Source: an uncultured archaeon
GTDB lineage: Archaea; Asgardarchaeota; Thorarchaeia; Thorarchaeales; Thorarchaeaceae
Assembly (NCBI GenBank): GCA_964558645.1
Contig: CAZLEV010000004.1
Coordinates: 107,442-171,441, forward strand
Direction of reading: 5' to 3'
Length of the DNA: 64,000 nt
Shown: in pieces, positions 28,336-37,121 of the stretch
How positions within the stretch are numbered: position 1 is the stretch's first letter
Layout of the letters: each line of letters opens with the position of its first letter
Program-made: the position numbers and the translations under genes
The notes under the pieces: model-generated
Databases searched by the model: none
The model's input: only the letters and a program-made list of their open reading frames with translations
What the model was told of the DNA's origin: nothing

Positions 28336-29223
28336 CTAGAGATAGATCTTCATCCGTTCCTCGACCTGTCTGCGGGTGGGCAGGTCATAGGGTCCAATGG
28401 TCTCCAGATTGAAGGACGCGCAGGTGGCACCGAACAGGCCCGACCGCCTGATATCACCACTTCGGAAGTACTCCAGCAAGAACCCAATCATGTAAGTGTC
28501 ACCAGAGCCGGTGGCGTCCACGACCCTATCGGCAAGAACCAGCGGTATGTCAACCTGAGTGTTCCGGGTGTAGATAGTCGAACCCATCCGGTCTCTCGTG
28601 ACCACGACTATTCTGGGCCCGAAACTCAGGATCTCTGTCACTGCCGAGACCTCGGACTTGGACTCTGTGGCAAGCATCATCTCTTGCTGGTCGGCCTTGA
28701 CAACGTCCACGAATCTGAGTACTGCATCACGATTGGGCCATTCTCCATCGAGTACCTCGCCATCCTCTATTCTTCGCATGTATCCCTGGATGTCTAGGGA
28801 GGTGAGAGAGCCTTGCATCCTTGCCACCTCGATGCAGGAGGGATGTATCTCATCTGGTGTCAGAGGACAGAAATGGGTGATGCTCACCCCAAGGTGTTGG
28901 GGCATGAAGTCTTCTGGGCGGAGGCCGGGTGCGATGTGCTCTACTCTCTGCGTGCGATTTCCATCCCTGTCATACTCGTTCACAAAACGGGTACTTCTCT
29001 GTCCAGAGACCCTCAGGCCAGTCAGGTCAAGCCCGGAACTCCGCAGGAGGGTCATGTATTCCTGCTCAAAATCCGTGCCAATCCGAGTCACAATCCCTGC
29101 ACCAAGAGCACCGATTGCCGGGGCCAGCATAGCATAGGCAGTTCCACCACCCAATGTCTCACGTCTCGTCTCAGGCGTGACTAGCAAGTCTCTGCTGAGA
29201 TGTCCAACAACGACTATCTCCAT
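28336..29223 (-). CDS. PfkB-family carbohydrate/nucleoside kinase
   Basis: LGGGTAY N-terminal motif and VVDATGSGDTY anion hole. Confidence 0.9.
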   Translation of the reverse strand: MEIVVVGHLSRDLLVTPETRRETLGGGTAYAMLAPAIGALGAGIVTRIGTDFEQEYMTLLRSSGLDLTGLRVSGQRSTRFVNEYDRDGNRTQRVEHIAPGLRPEDFMPQHLGVSITHFCPLTPDEIHPSCIEVARMQGSLTSLDIQGYMRRIEDGEVLDGEWPNRDAVLRFVDVVKADQQEMMLATESKSEVSAVTEILSFGPRIVVVTRDRMGSTIYTRNTQVDIPLVLADRVVDATGSGDTYMIGFLLEYFRSGDIRRSGLFGATCASFNLETIGPYDLPTRRQVEERMKIYL

Positions 29224-29328
29224 CTTAACCACCTGCTGCAATGCCAAGGAAGTGGGGTCAGAATAGCAACTTCAGCCTTTCGCTTTGTCACAGGTCGCAA
29301 CTGTTAATATGTCAAGTCGATAGGCATA

Positions 29329-29628
29329 GTGATTGGGTGTTCGAACTTGGCAAACGTCACAGTGAAGTTCTATGCAGGCATTCGTGAGGCTGCAGGGATG
29401 AGAACAAGAGAACTTGAGGCCGAAGACATCAGAGGGCTCCTCTCAGCCCTCAGAGAGGAGTTCGGTAATGAGTTCATGGACGTCATCCTAGATGAAGAGA
29501 CAGGCGACCTCAAGAGGTTCTACTCATGCATGGTCAACGGAAAGAGAATCGAACTCCTCGATGGTTACGATACCTCTCTAGAAGACGGCGACAGAGTTGC
29601 CTTGTTTCCGCCCGTCGGAGGGGGTTAG
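29329..29628 (+). CDS. MoaD/ThiS/SAMP ubiquitin-like sulfur carrier
   Basis: VKFYA...VNG...DGDRVALFPPVGGG C-terminus. Confidence 0.92.
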   Translation: MIGCSNLANVTVKFYAGIREAAGMRTRELEAEDIRGLLSALREEFGNEFMDVILDEETGDLKRFYSCMVNGKRIELLDGYDTSLEDGDRVALFPPVGGG

Positions 29629-29641
29629 GGGGACCCAGAGA

Positions 29642-31009
29642 ATGAAGAATATAGACTTGGTTATCAAGAATGCAAGAATGCTGCTGGAGGGGGGCGTTGC
29701 AACCGGTGGGGTGGGGGTGCTAGATGGAAAGATCTGTGCCATTGCACGTGATGTACACCTGCCTGATGCCGATAGAGAGATTGACATCAAAGGAAATCTG
29801 CTGATGCCAGGGCTCATCGATGGCCATGCCCATTTTCACGACCCGGCTATGCTGGATCATGAGGACTTCACAACAGGCTCCCGCGCAGCAGCAGCCGGGG
29901 GCGTCACCACGTTTGTTGACATGCCATTGACATCTAACGTGATACGACCAGCAGACGTGAATGAGAAGATTGAGCAGGGCGAGAAGAGGTCTGTCAGTGA
30001 CTTTTCGTTGTATGGAGGCATGATCGACGCTGACAACTACGTCATGATTCCAGAGCTCTCGTCCATGGGAATCGAGGGTTTCAAGGCCTTCACCTCCGAC
30101 CCTTTCTACGCAAATGCAGGTGTGATAACGAGAGCACTGAGTGAGGTCTCGGAAGTAGGAGGTCATCTCACGGTACACTCAGAGGACCAGGGAGTTCTCA
30201 AGGAATTCGCTGAAGAAATGCATGACGACTGGGATGCACCAATCTCACACTCTCTCTCTAGACCTGATATTGCTGAGAGTCTTGCAATCAGTCAGAACAT
30301 AGAGATTGCCAAGCTCACAGGAGGTCACCTTCACATAGCCCACATAACCACCTCACAAGGAGTAGAGAGAGTCGCAGACGCAAGGGCTGAAGGGGTCACG
30401 GTGACTACAGAGGTCTGCCCCCATCATCTCGTCTTCACCAGAGATGATATGAACCGCTTGGGGCCAAAGAGTAAGATGAATCCACCCCTAAGGTCATCCC
30501 ATGACAGAGGGGCCCTCTGGTCAGCCCTCTTGAGGGGTACTATAGACATGACAGTCAGCGACCATGCACCGGCTCCCTTGGAGAAAAAGATGAGGGGAAG
30601 AGATGACATTCGAGATGGGTGGGCCGGCGTCGACGGGACCCAGATGATACTCAGAGTGCTTCTCTCTGAGGGAATAGACAGAGGTAGACTCTCTTTCGAC
30701 AGGCTCTTACATGTTGCATGCAGAAATCCCGCAAAGATATTCGGTCTGTACCCCAAGAAGGGAGTCATCGCAATAGGATCAGATGCAGACCTTGTGGTGG
30801 TTGACCGAAACGTCGAACAGGAGATCACCGCAGACATGATGTTCTCAAGGTGTGGATGGACACTCTATGAGGGAATGAAGATGAGGGGGGCACCAGTTAT
30901 GACCTTCGTCAGGGGCATCCAAGTTTTCGGAGAGGAACGGATCATGGTGAAACCCGGTCACGGGCAGTTCCAGCCTATGGGCGGAATAAGGAGGAATCCT
31001 GGAAGATGA
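29642..31009 (+). CDS. Cyclic amidohydrolase (allantoinase/dihydropyrimidinase/dihydroorotase family)
   Basis: DGHAHFHDP, AAAGGVTT, GFKAF, VHSED, HIAH, KMNPPLR, SDHAP. Confidence 0.9.
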   Translation: MKNIDLVIKNARMLLEGGVATGGVGVLDGKICAIARDVHLPDADREIDIKGNLLMPGLIDGHAHFHDPAMLDHEDFTTGSRAAAAGGVTTFVDMPLTSNVIRPADVNEKIEQGEKRSVSDFSLYGGMIDADNYVMIPELSSMGIEGFKAFTSDPFYANAGVITRALSEVSEVGGHLTVHSEDQGVLKEFAEEMHDDWDAPISHSLSRPDIAESLAISQNIEIAKLTGGHLHIAHITTSQGVERVADARAEGVTVTTEVCPHHLVFTRDDMNRLGPKSKMNPPLRSSHDRGALWSALLRGTIDMTVSDHAPAPLEKKMRGRDDIRDGWAGVDGTQMILRVLLSEGIDRGRLSFDRLLHVACRNPAKIFGLYPKKGVIAIGSDADLVVVDRNVEQEITADMMFSRCGWTLYEGMKMRGAPVMTFVRGIQVFGEERIMVKPGHGQFQPMGGIRRNPGR

Positions 31010-31503
31010 ATGACCCGTCTGAACTGAAATATGCGATTGGTGACCCCGAGGTCTGCACTGGCTGCATGATATGCGCCAATGTCTGCAGCATGTACTACTT
31101 CAAAGTCATAAGTCCCGAGAGAGCCCGGGTCAGGGTGGTCCGTCTGGATAACGGCCTGGATTTCCCCCTGTTCTGTAGGAACTGCTCCGACGCGCCATGC
31201 ATAGAGGCATGTCCTGAGGGGGCCATCAGTCGAACATCAAAAGGTATTGTCATTGTGAACAATCGGAAGTGCGACGGCTGTGGTGACTGTGTTGAGGCCT
31301 GTCCGTACGATGCCATCTGGATCAACCCAGACACGGAGAAGGCCATCAAATGTATTCAGTGTGGTCAATGCATAGAACGGTGTCCAGTGGATGCGATCTG
31401 GATAACAACCGATGAGGAACTCAGAGAGAGAGACCCGCAGGGGCGAATCATGGAACGTCATGACAAGCATGCAAAGGTGCTCTACCCGGGGAGGGAGGCA
31501 TAG
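31006..31503 (+). CDS. 4x[4Fe-4S] electron-transfer subunit of second AOR
   Basis: CTGCMICANVC, CRNCSDAPCIEACP, CDGCGDCVEACP, KCIQCGQCIERCP. Confidence 0.92.
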   Translation: MNDPSELKYAIGDPEVCTGCMICANVCSMYYFKVISPERARVRVVRLDNGLDFPLFCRNCSDAPCIEACPEGAISRTSKGIVIVNNRKCDGCGDCVEACPYDAIWINPDTEKAIKCIQCGQCIERCPVDAIWITTDEELRERDPQGRIMERHDKHAKVLYPGREA

Positions 31504-33362
31504 TGATCAAGGGGATTGGTGGAGAGATACTGTGGGTCGACCTAGACAGGTCTAAGATAGAGAAGCGTCCAGTTGATGAAGAAACCGTTCACAAGTACCT
31601 ACTGGGAGCAGGACTGCTCTCAAAGGTGCTCTATGACAAGATTCCTGTGGGAATTGACCCGCTCTCCTCCAAGAATGTTCTCGGTATAGCCACGGGCCTT
31701 CTGACCGCGTCCATGTTCCCTCAGGCCTCTCGCCACGTCATTGCAGGTCTCTCGCCGCTGACGGATATCTGGGGAGAGAGTCATGCTGCAGGATTCTGGG
31801 GACCAGAGCTGAAGTTTGCAGGGTATGATGCAATATTCTTCACAGGCGCATCATCAGACCCTGTCTATCTCAATATTCATGACTCAGAGGTCGAACTGCG
31901 TGATGCTGAGCCTGTCTGGGGACACGACGTGTTCGAGACTGATGATATCCTGCGAGAGCGTCATGGAAAGCAGTGTCGCGTGCTATCTATCGGCCAAGCC
32001 GGTGAGAACCTCGTCAGGTTCGCCGCAATAATGAATGACAGAGACAGAGCCTCTGCGAGATCAGGTCTGGGAGCGGTCATGGGCTCCAAGAGAATGAAAG
32101 CTGTTTGTGTCCGAGGTACCGGGAAGCTAGAAGTTGCAGAACCGGGGAAGTACTTGGAGACTATGGACAGATTCTATGAACGCATGCTCGCGAATCCCTT
32201 CACTCCTGAACGTGCGAAGTATGGTACGACCAACCTCATAGAGATGATGCATAATATCGGCAGACTGCCGAGCTATAACATGAGGGAGGGGGTCTTCGAT
32301 GACTATGAAGACATCAGTGGTGAGACCATCACAAGAGAATACCTCGTGAAGCCGCGGGCTGATTGGTCGTGCTTGCAACGCTGCGGTAGGTTCACCAGGG
32401 TCAGAGACCTGCCGTACAAGTACATAGGTGGATCTCCCGAGTTCGAGTCTCAGGCCGCCCTAGGATCAAGGTGTGGTAACAGAAATGTCGAATCTGTCCT
32501 GTTCAGCCACCATCTAGCAAACCAGTATGGGATGGACACCATCTCACTGGGAGGAACGATATCGTGGGCGATGGAGGCATGGGATGAGGGACTCCTAACT
32601 GAGGAAGACACTGGCGGGTTGAATCTTGACTGGGGAAACCATGAGACCGTCGTGAGACTGACCAAGATGATTGCATTCAGAGAGGGCTTCGGGGACATAC
32701 TGGCCGAGGGGAGCTATCGAGCTGCAGAGAAGATCGGGAAGGGAAGCGACGAGTTCGTCATGGCAGTCAAAAAGCAGGAGATTGCTGGACAGGAGCCACG
32801 CGGACAGAAGTCTATGGGTCTTGCCGCTGCGACTGCAGCAAGGGGAGCAGACCACCTCTATGCCTTTCCCGTGTTAGACGAGGCAGGGTTTGATGATGAG
32901 ATAAGGGAGCGCCTTGGAGAGGAGTTTCTCCCAGAGATGGCTGACCGGCTTGATCCCACCTACAAGGGAATCATGGTGAAAGAATGCGAGGACTATATGG
33001 TCATGATAGAGAGCGTCGGCGTCTGTAAGTACGGGACGCAGATCCCTCCCGAGTTATACTATGATGACATATCTGAGGCCCTAAGAGTGCACAACGGAAT
33101 CCTTCTCTCGTCGAAGGAACTACAGGAAATTGGTGAACGCATAGTCAATCTCAACAGGATGTTCAATGTCGACAGAGGTGTGACTCGCCAGGACGACAAT
33201 CTGCCAAGGAGGCTCACTGAGGTACCCTCCCCGCGAGGACCTGCAAAGGGGGAGGTAGTGGAGCTCGAACTAATGCTGGACGAGTACTACAGACAGAGAG
33301 GGTGGGACCCTAAGACAGGGATTCCAACTCAGGAGACTCTGCACCGGCTTGGCCTGAAGTAG
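31503..33362 (+). CDS. aor: Second tungsten AOR-family oxidoreductase
   Basis: SPLTD, ESHAAG, GQAGEN, ARSGLGAVMGSK, SPEFES, GMDTIS. Confidence 0.92.
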   Translation: MIKGIGGEILWVDLDRSKIEKRPVDEETVHKYLLGAGLLSKVLYDKIPVGIDPLSSKNVLGIATGLLTASMFPQASRHVIAGLSPLTDIWGESHAAGFWGPELKFAGYDAIFFTGASSDPVYLNIHDSEVELRDAEPVWGHDVFETDDILRERHGKQCRVLSIGQAGENLVRFAAIMNDRDRASARSGLGAVMGSKRMKAVCVRGTGKLEVAEPGKYLETMDRFYERMLANPFTPERAKYGTTNLIEMMHNIGRLPSYNMREGVFDDYEDISGETITREYLVKPRADWSCLQRCGRFTRVRDLPYKYIGGSPEFESQAALGSRCGNRNVESVLFSHHLANQYGMDTISLGGTISWAMEAWDEGLLTEEDTGGLNLDWGNHETVVRLTKMIAFREGFGDILAEGSYRAAEKIGKGSDEFVMAVKKQEIAGQEPRGQKSMGLAAATAARGADHLYAFPVLDEAGFDDEIRERLGEEFLPEMADRLDPTYKGIMVKECEDYMVMIESVGVCKYGTQIPPELYYDDISEALRVHNGILLSSKELQEIGERIVNLNRMFNVDRGVTRQDDNLPRRLTEVPSPRGPAKGEVVELELMLDEYYRQRGWDPKTGIPTQETLHRLGLK

Positions 33363-33582
33363 ACCGATCATGCTGTTCATTCGTCGCACTCAATCATCAA
33401 GTGTACGATCAGTGCATCCTTCTCTGACAAGACCAGGACTCCGGATTCAGAATCAAGACTGTTTCTTTCCGAATAGAGAACCACAGTTCAGGTCCCCGCA
33501 ATACCAAGAAGAAGCCGGTCGTTCTCTCCGATTCCGAGCCCACACACTCTGCGACTGTGAATCTTCGACGAGGATGCTCCTT

Positions 33583-33819
33583 CTAGTCACACGTTGCGCA
33601 GACATTTGTCACCGTATCACGAACACCATCTAGATTCCTCAGCTCATCAACCACAAAAGAGCTGAGCTTCTCAGGGGTCTTGAACATTCCCTTGATGAGT
33701 AGGTCATACGCACCATAGATCAAGTATGCCTCATCGACCTCCTCAAACTCTCTGACTTTGGTCAGAATCTCTCGTGCTTTTGCCGACTCAATCTTAGCCA
33801 TTATGAAAGCCATTATCAA
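33583..33819 (-). CDS. Stand-alone Lrp/AsnC ligand-binding (RAM) domain protein
   Basis: VDEAYLIYGAYDLLIK...LDGVRDTVT. Confidence 0.85.
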   Translation of the reverse strand: MIMAFIMAKIESAKAREILTKVREFEEVDEAYLIYGAYDLLIKGMFKTPEKLSSFVVDELRNLDGVRDTVTNVCATCD

Positions 33820-34054
33820 TGTGATGCCACCTTGCCCATGAGATTACTGGAGTTAACTATTCGTCGCTCACAATAAAAGTTGTTGCTTCGCTACTACAAG
33901 ACGAGGGCGACTCCAATCTGACCCTCTCCTGACGGCGAAGACCTGCAGATGTGCATCAATGAGAGAAGTAAGTTAACAAAGTAGAAGTCACAATCAGGAA
34001 TGTTTTAAAACCTGTAAGGGAAAGCTCGGAAAACATAGCGGAGGCCAACCTTCT

Positions 34055-34525
34055 TTGACATCGGCGGCAGATACCTCAAGCTCATCAGCAAAAGCAAAGA
34101 GAAAACGAAAGAAGGGCTTTGAGCCTCGAATTCTGTCATTCTGCTGCAACTGGTGTTCTTACGCCGGCGCAGACTTGGCGGGAACTAGCAGGATGCAGAT
34201 GCCGCCCAATGTCAGAATCATCAGGGTTAATTGTACTGGCCGCATAGACCCATCATTCATTCTCGACGCTCTCGGGCAGGGAGCAGATGGCATCCTGATA
34301 TCGGGCTGTCACCCGGGGGACTGCCATTACAGCAGTGGAAACCTGAAGATGGCGGGTCGCTTCGCCCTGTTGACTAGCCTCGTTGAGCAGGCAGGATTTG
34401 ACCCAAGACGCATCCATCTACAGTGGGCAAGCGCTGCAGAGGGTGATGTATTCAGAGATGGCGTCGCTGAGATGGTGGAACGAATCAAAGAACTGGGCCC
34501 GAACCCTGTAAGGGAGGCTGACTAG
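34055..34525 (+). CDS. mvhD: F420-non-reducing hydrogenase [2Fe-2S] subunit D (Cys form)
   Basis: FCCNWCSYAGAD, VNCTGRID, GCHPGDCHY. Confidence 0.95.
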   Translation: MTSAADTSSSSAKAKRKRKKGFEPRILSFCCNWCSYAGADLAGTSRMQMPPNVRIIRVNCTGRIDPSFILDALGQGADGILISGCHPGDCHYSSGNLKMAGRFALLTSLVEQAGFDPRRIHLQWASAAEGDVFRDGVAEMVERIKELGPNPVREAD

Positions 34526-34526
34526 A

Positions 34527-35441
34527 GTGACAAAGCGAGTAGCATTCGCACAGCTCACCTCGTGTTGGGGCTGTGACCAGTCATTAGTGGATCTCCATTT
34601 TCGACTTCTTGACGTACTCCCTGAGCTGGAGATAGTATTCTGGCCAGCAGTCGTTGACTTCAAGCTGAAGGATCTTGAGGGTCTGCCCAACGAGTCGATT
34701 CACCTTGGATTCGTTGAGGGAAGCTGTAGAACCAATGAAGATTTGCATCTACTGAAGACTATGCGCAAGAAGAGCAAGTTCCTGATCGCATGGGGCTCAT
34801 GCTCATGTTTTGGCGGTGTCCAGGGCCTTGGAAACCAGTGGCCTATTGACGAACTGGCAGAGAGGAAGTTCCTGCAGGCGGACTCCGTTACAGATCCAAG
34901 GATTCCAGAGAGCAACATGCCGGGTTTTCTCGGGATAGTCAAGCCAAATCCCGCTCATGTCAAGTTCAACATGGTTCTTCCAGGTTGCCCACCCACTTCG
35001 GACAACACATACAATGTTGTAGAGGCGCTACTCACAGGTAAGCCATTCGACCTCCCGGAGAAGACGGTGTGTGACGAGTGTCCAAAGGAACGAGAAGACA
35101 AGCACATCGAGAGGTTCTACAGGACCCACGAGGGGAAGATAGACCCTGATAGATGCCTTCTTGATCAAGGATATCTCTGTCTGGGTTTTGCAACCATCGG
35201 GCTCTGTGGGGCACAGTGTCCAACAGTGAACACACCATGCAAGGGATGCTTTGGACCCCCTCCGTCCGTTAAAGACCATGGTGCGAAAATCATCTCTGCT
35301 CTGGGTGCTGTAGCAGAAATGAGTCCAGAAGAACTGAAGGAGGCCTTTCCTGATCCAATCGGTTCCTTCTATTTCACTGATTATGCGGCATCCTACCTAT
35401 CAAGCATTACCGCAAAGAAGAGGGAGGAAAAAGGCAAATGA
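34527..35441 (+). CDS. mvhG: F420-non-reducing hydrogenase small subunit G
   Basis: SCWGC, GSCSCFGG, PGCPP, VCDECP, CLLDQGYLCLG, PCKGCFGP. Confidence 0.93.
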   Translation: MTKRVAFAQLTSCWGCDQSLVDLHFRLLDVLPELEIVFWPAVVDFKLKDLEGLPNESIHLGFVEGSCRTNEDLHLLKTMRKKSKFLIAWGSCSCFGGVQGLGNQWPIDELAERKFLQADSVTDPRIPESNMPGFLGIVKPNPAHVKFNMVLPGCPPTSDNTYNVVEALLTGKPFDLPEKTVCDECPKEREDKHIERFYRTHEGKIDPDRCLLDQGYLCLGFATIGLCGAQCPTVNTPCKGCFGPPPSVKDHGAKIISALGAVAEMSPEELKEAFPDPIGSFYFTDYAASYLSSITAKKREEKGK

Positions 35442-36751
35442 CTGACGAGAAGGTAATACGGATCGAACCGGTGACTCGATTGGAAGGGCACGGTGAGCTG
35501 ACGCTCAAGCTCTCGAAGACGGGCAAGGTGAAAGATGTCCAGTTCAACGTCTCGAGTACACGGTTCTTTGAGAAGTTCCTTGAGGGGCGTTTCGCAGAAG
35601 AGGTGCCAAGAATTGCCGAGCGTATCTGTGGCATCTGCCCTGAGCCGCACCATCTGGCTTCAGTCAAAGCAGTAGAAGCGGCATGGAGAGTGACTCCGCC
35701 ACCAGCAGCAGTTAAGGTAAGACGACTGTTGATCAATGCCAAGCAGTTATCATCACACGCACTCCACTTCTTTGCACTGGCTGCCCCTGACTTCTTAGCT
35801 GGGCCCTTTGCAGAGCCATCCAAGAGAAATGTTGTCGAAGTTATCAAACAACTCCCCGATGTGGGGAAGCTCGCTCTAAGCGTCATGAAGTACGGTCAAG
35901 AGCTTGCCACTGCTATCGGTGGAAAGGCCATCCACCCTGTCACAGCAACTCCCGGCGGGATGTTGAATCCGTTCTCCGAAGAGAAGAGAGACAACTTCCT
36001 TGGCCTCATGGACGGACTCAAGGAGAACATAACAGACACAGTGGAACTGGCGAAGAAAGTCGTTGAGGACTACTGGGACCCGATAACAAAGCTTGGCGTT
36101 GTGCCGACTTACTATCTGGGAACCCATGATAAGGGAAGGCTTGAGATATACGATGGGAACATCCGCGTGATGGACCCAGAGGGCAAGATAGTGGAAGACT
36201 TCAAACCGAAGGACTATCTGGACTACTACGGGGAGTACGTGCCCGACCATTCCTATGCCACACACATCTACTACAAGCCTGCAGGTTATCCAGATGGAAT
36301 CTGGAGAGCGAACTCCCTGGCACGAGTCAACATCGCAGACAAGATGAAAACACCTCTGGCCCAAGAGGCGCTCCAAGAGATGCGCGACAAGCTGGGCAGA
36401 CCAATCCACGCCGTATTTGCCTATCATTGGGCAAGAGTTATAGAGATGGTTCAGGCTATGGAAGAGATGGATGAGCTACTCCAAGACCCTGATATTGTCA
36501 GCACCGATGTCAAACTGACAGATGTTGAGCCACGCAAGGGTAATGGAGTTGGCTGTGTCGAGGCGCCACGTGGGACTCTGGTCCATCATTACTGGACAGA
36601 TGACCGGGGGATTATCACCAAGGTGAACCTTGTTGTTGCAACAAACAACAACATAGCGGGCATTGAGAAGAGCCTAATGCAGGCAGCCAAACAGATATTC
36701 GAGAAGAAAGAGCACGAGAAACTAGACCTACCGGAGCCGATGATGAAGTAG
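35438..36751 (+). CDS. vhuA: [NiFe(Se)] hydrogenase large subunit A, lacking the C-terminal metal-binding motif (split type)
   Basis: EPVTRLEGHG, RICGICPEPH (L1), EAPRGTLVHHY; ends LPEPMMK with no DPCxxCxxH (L2). Confidence 0.92.
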   Translation: MTDEKVIRIEPVTRLEGHGELTLKLSKTGKVKDVQFNVSSTRFFEKFLEGRFAEEVPRIAERICGICPEPHHLASVKAVEAAWRVTPPPAAVKVRRLLINAKQLSSHALHFFALAAPDFLAGPFAEPSKRNVVEVIKQLPDVGKLALSVMKYGQELATAIGGKAIHPVTATPGGMLNPFSEEKRDNFLGLMDGLKENITDTVELAKKVVEDYWDPITKLGVVPTYYLGTHDKGRLEIYDGNIRVMDPEGKIVEDFKPKDYLDYYGEYVPDHSYATHIYYKPAGYPDGIWRANSLARVNIADKMKTPLAQEALQEMRDKLGRPIHAVFAYHWARVIEMVQAMEEMDELLQDPDIVSTDVKLTDVEPRKGNGVGCVEAPRGTLVHHYWTDDRGIITKVNLVVATNNNIAGIEKSLMQAAKQIFEKKEHEKLDLPEPMMK

Positions 36752-36759
36752 TGATAAAG

Positions 36760-36912
36760 ATGACAGATGAAATAGATGAAGGGCTGCTGAACCTCCTGGA
36801 AATGGTGGTTCGCTGCTACGACTGCTGACTATCCTGCGGCGCTCATTTCGTCGTTGTGGACGATGAGGGTCGCGAGATAGTTCGGAAGGAGCTAGTGACT
36901 GGCGGCGGATGA
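36760..36912 (+). CDS. vhuU: Selenoprotein VhuU (C-terminal L2 peptide of split hydrogenase), Sec at codon 23
   Basis: MTDEIDEGLLNLLEMVVRCYDC-[TGA 36826-36828]-LSCGAHFVVVDDEGREIVRKELVTGGG*. The TGA sits at the first Cys position of DPCxxCxxH; directly follows vhuA; SECIS downstream. Confidence 0.93.
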
Positions 36913-36950
36913 AGGCCCGGCGTAAAGATGTGAGCCGGGTTGGACACGCC
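36901..36950 (+). ncRNA. Eukaryote-like SECIS element (cis-acting)
   Basis: GGCG/CGCC helix I, AUGAA...GGAC core, GGCCCGGC/GCCGGGUU helix II, apical AAA. Confidence 0.82.
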
Positions 36951-37121
36951 CCGCAAGGGCGCGCCAGTTGTACTCCCCCATTGTGTTGTTCTGATAAGAG
37001 AGAACTCTAATGGTTGTACTCATATTTGTGATCTTGTCTTATGCGTGATGGTTGTCAGAGAGACCGTCAGTCCTGTATCCGAGATGCCTGAGAACGCCTT
37101 GAATCTGTGACTTCTTTGAAA

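Noticed and set aside
34055-34525. mvhD/vhuD as a selenoprotein
   Set aside because: All relevant positions are TGC/TGT; no in-frame TGA.
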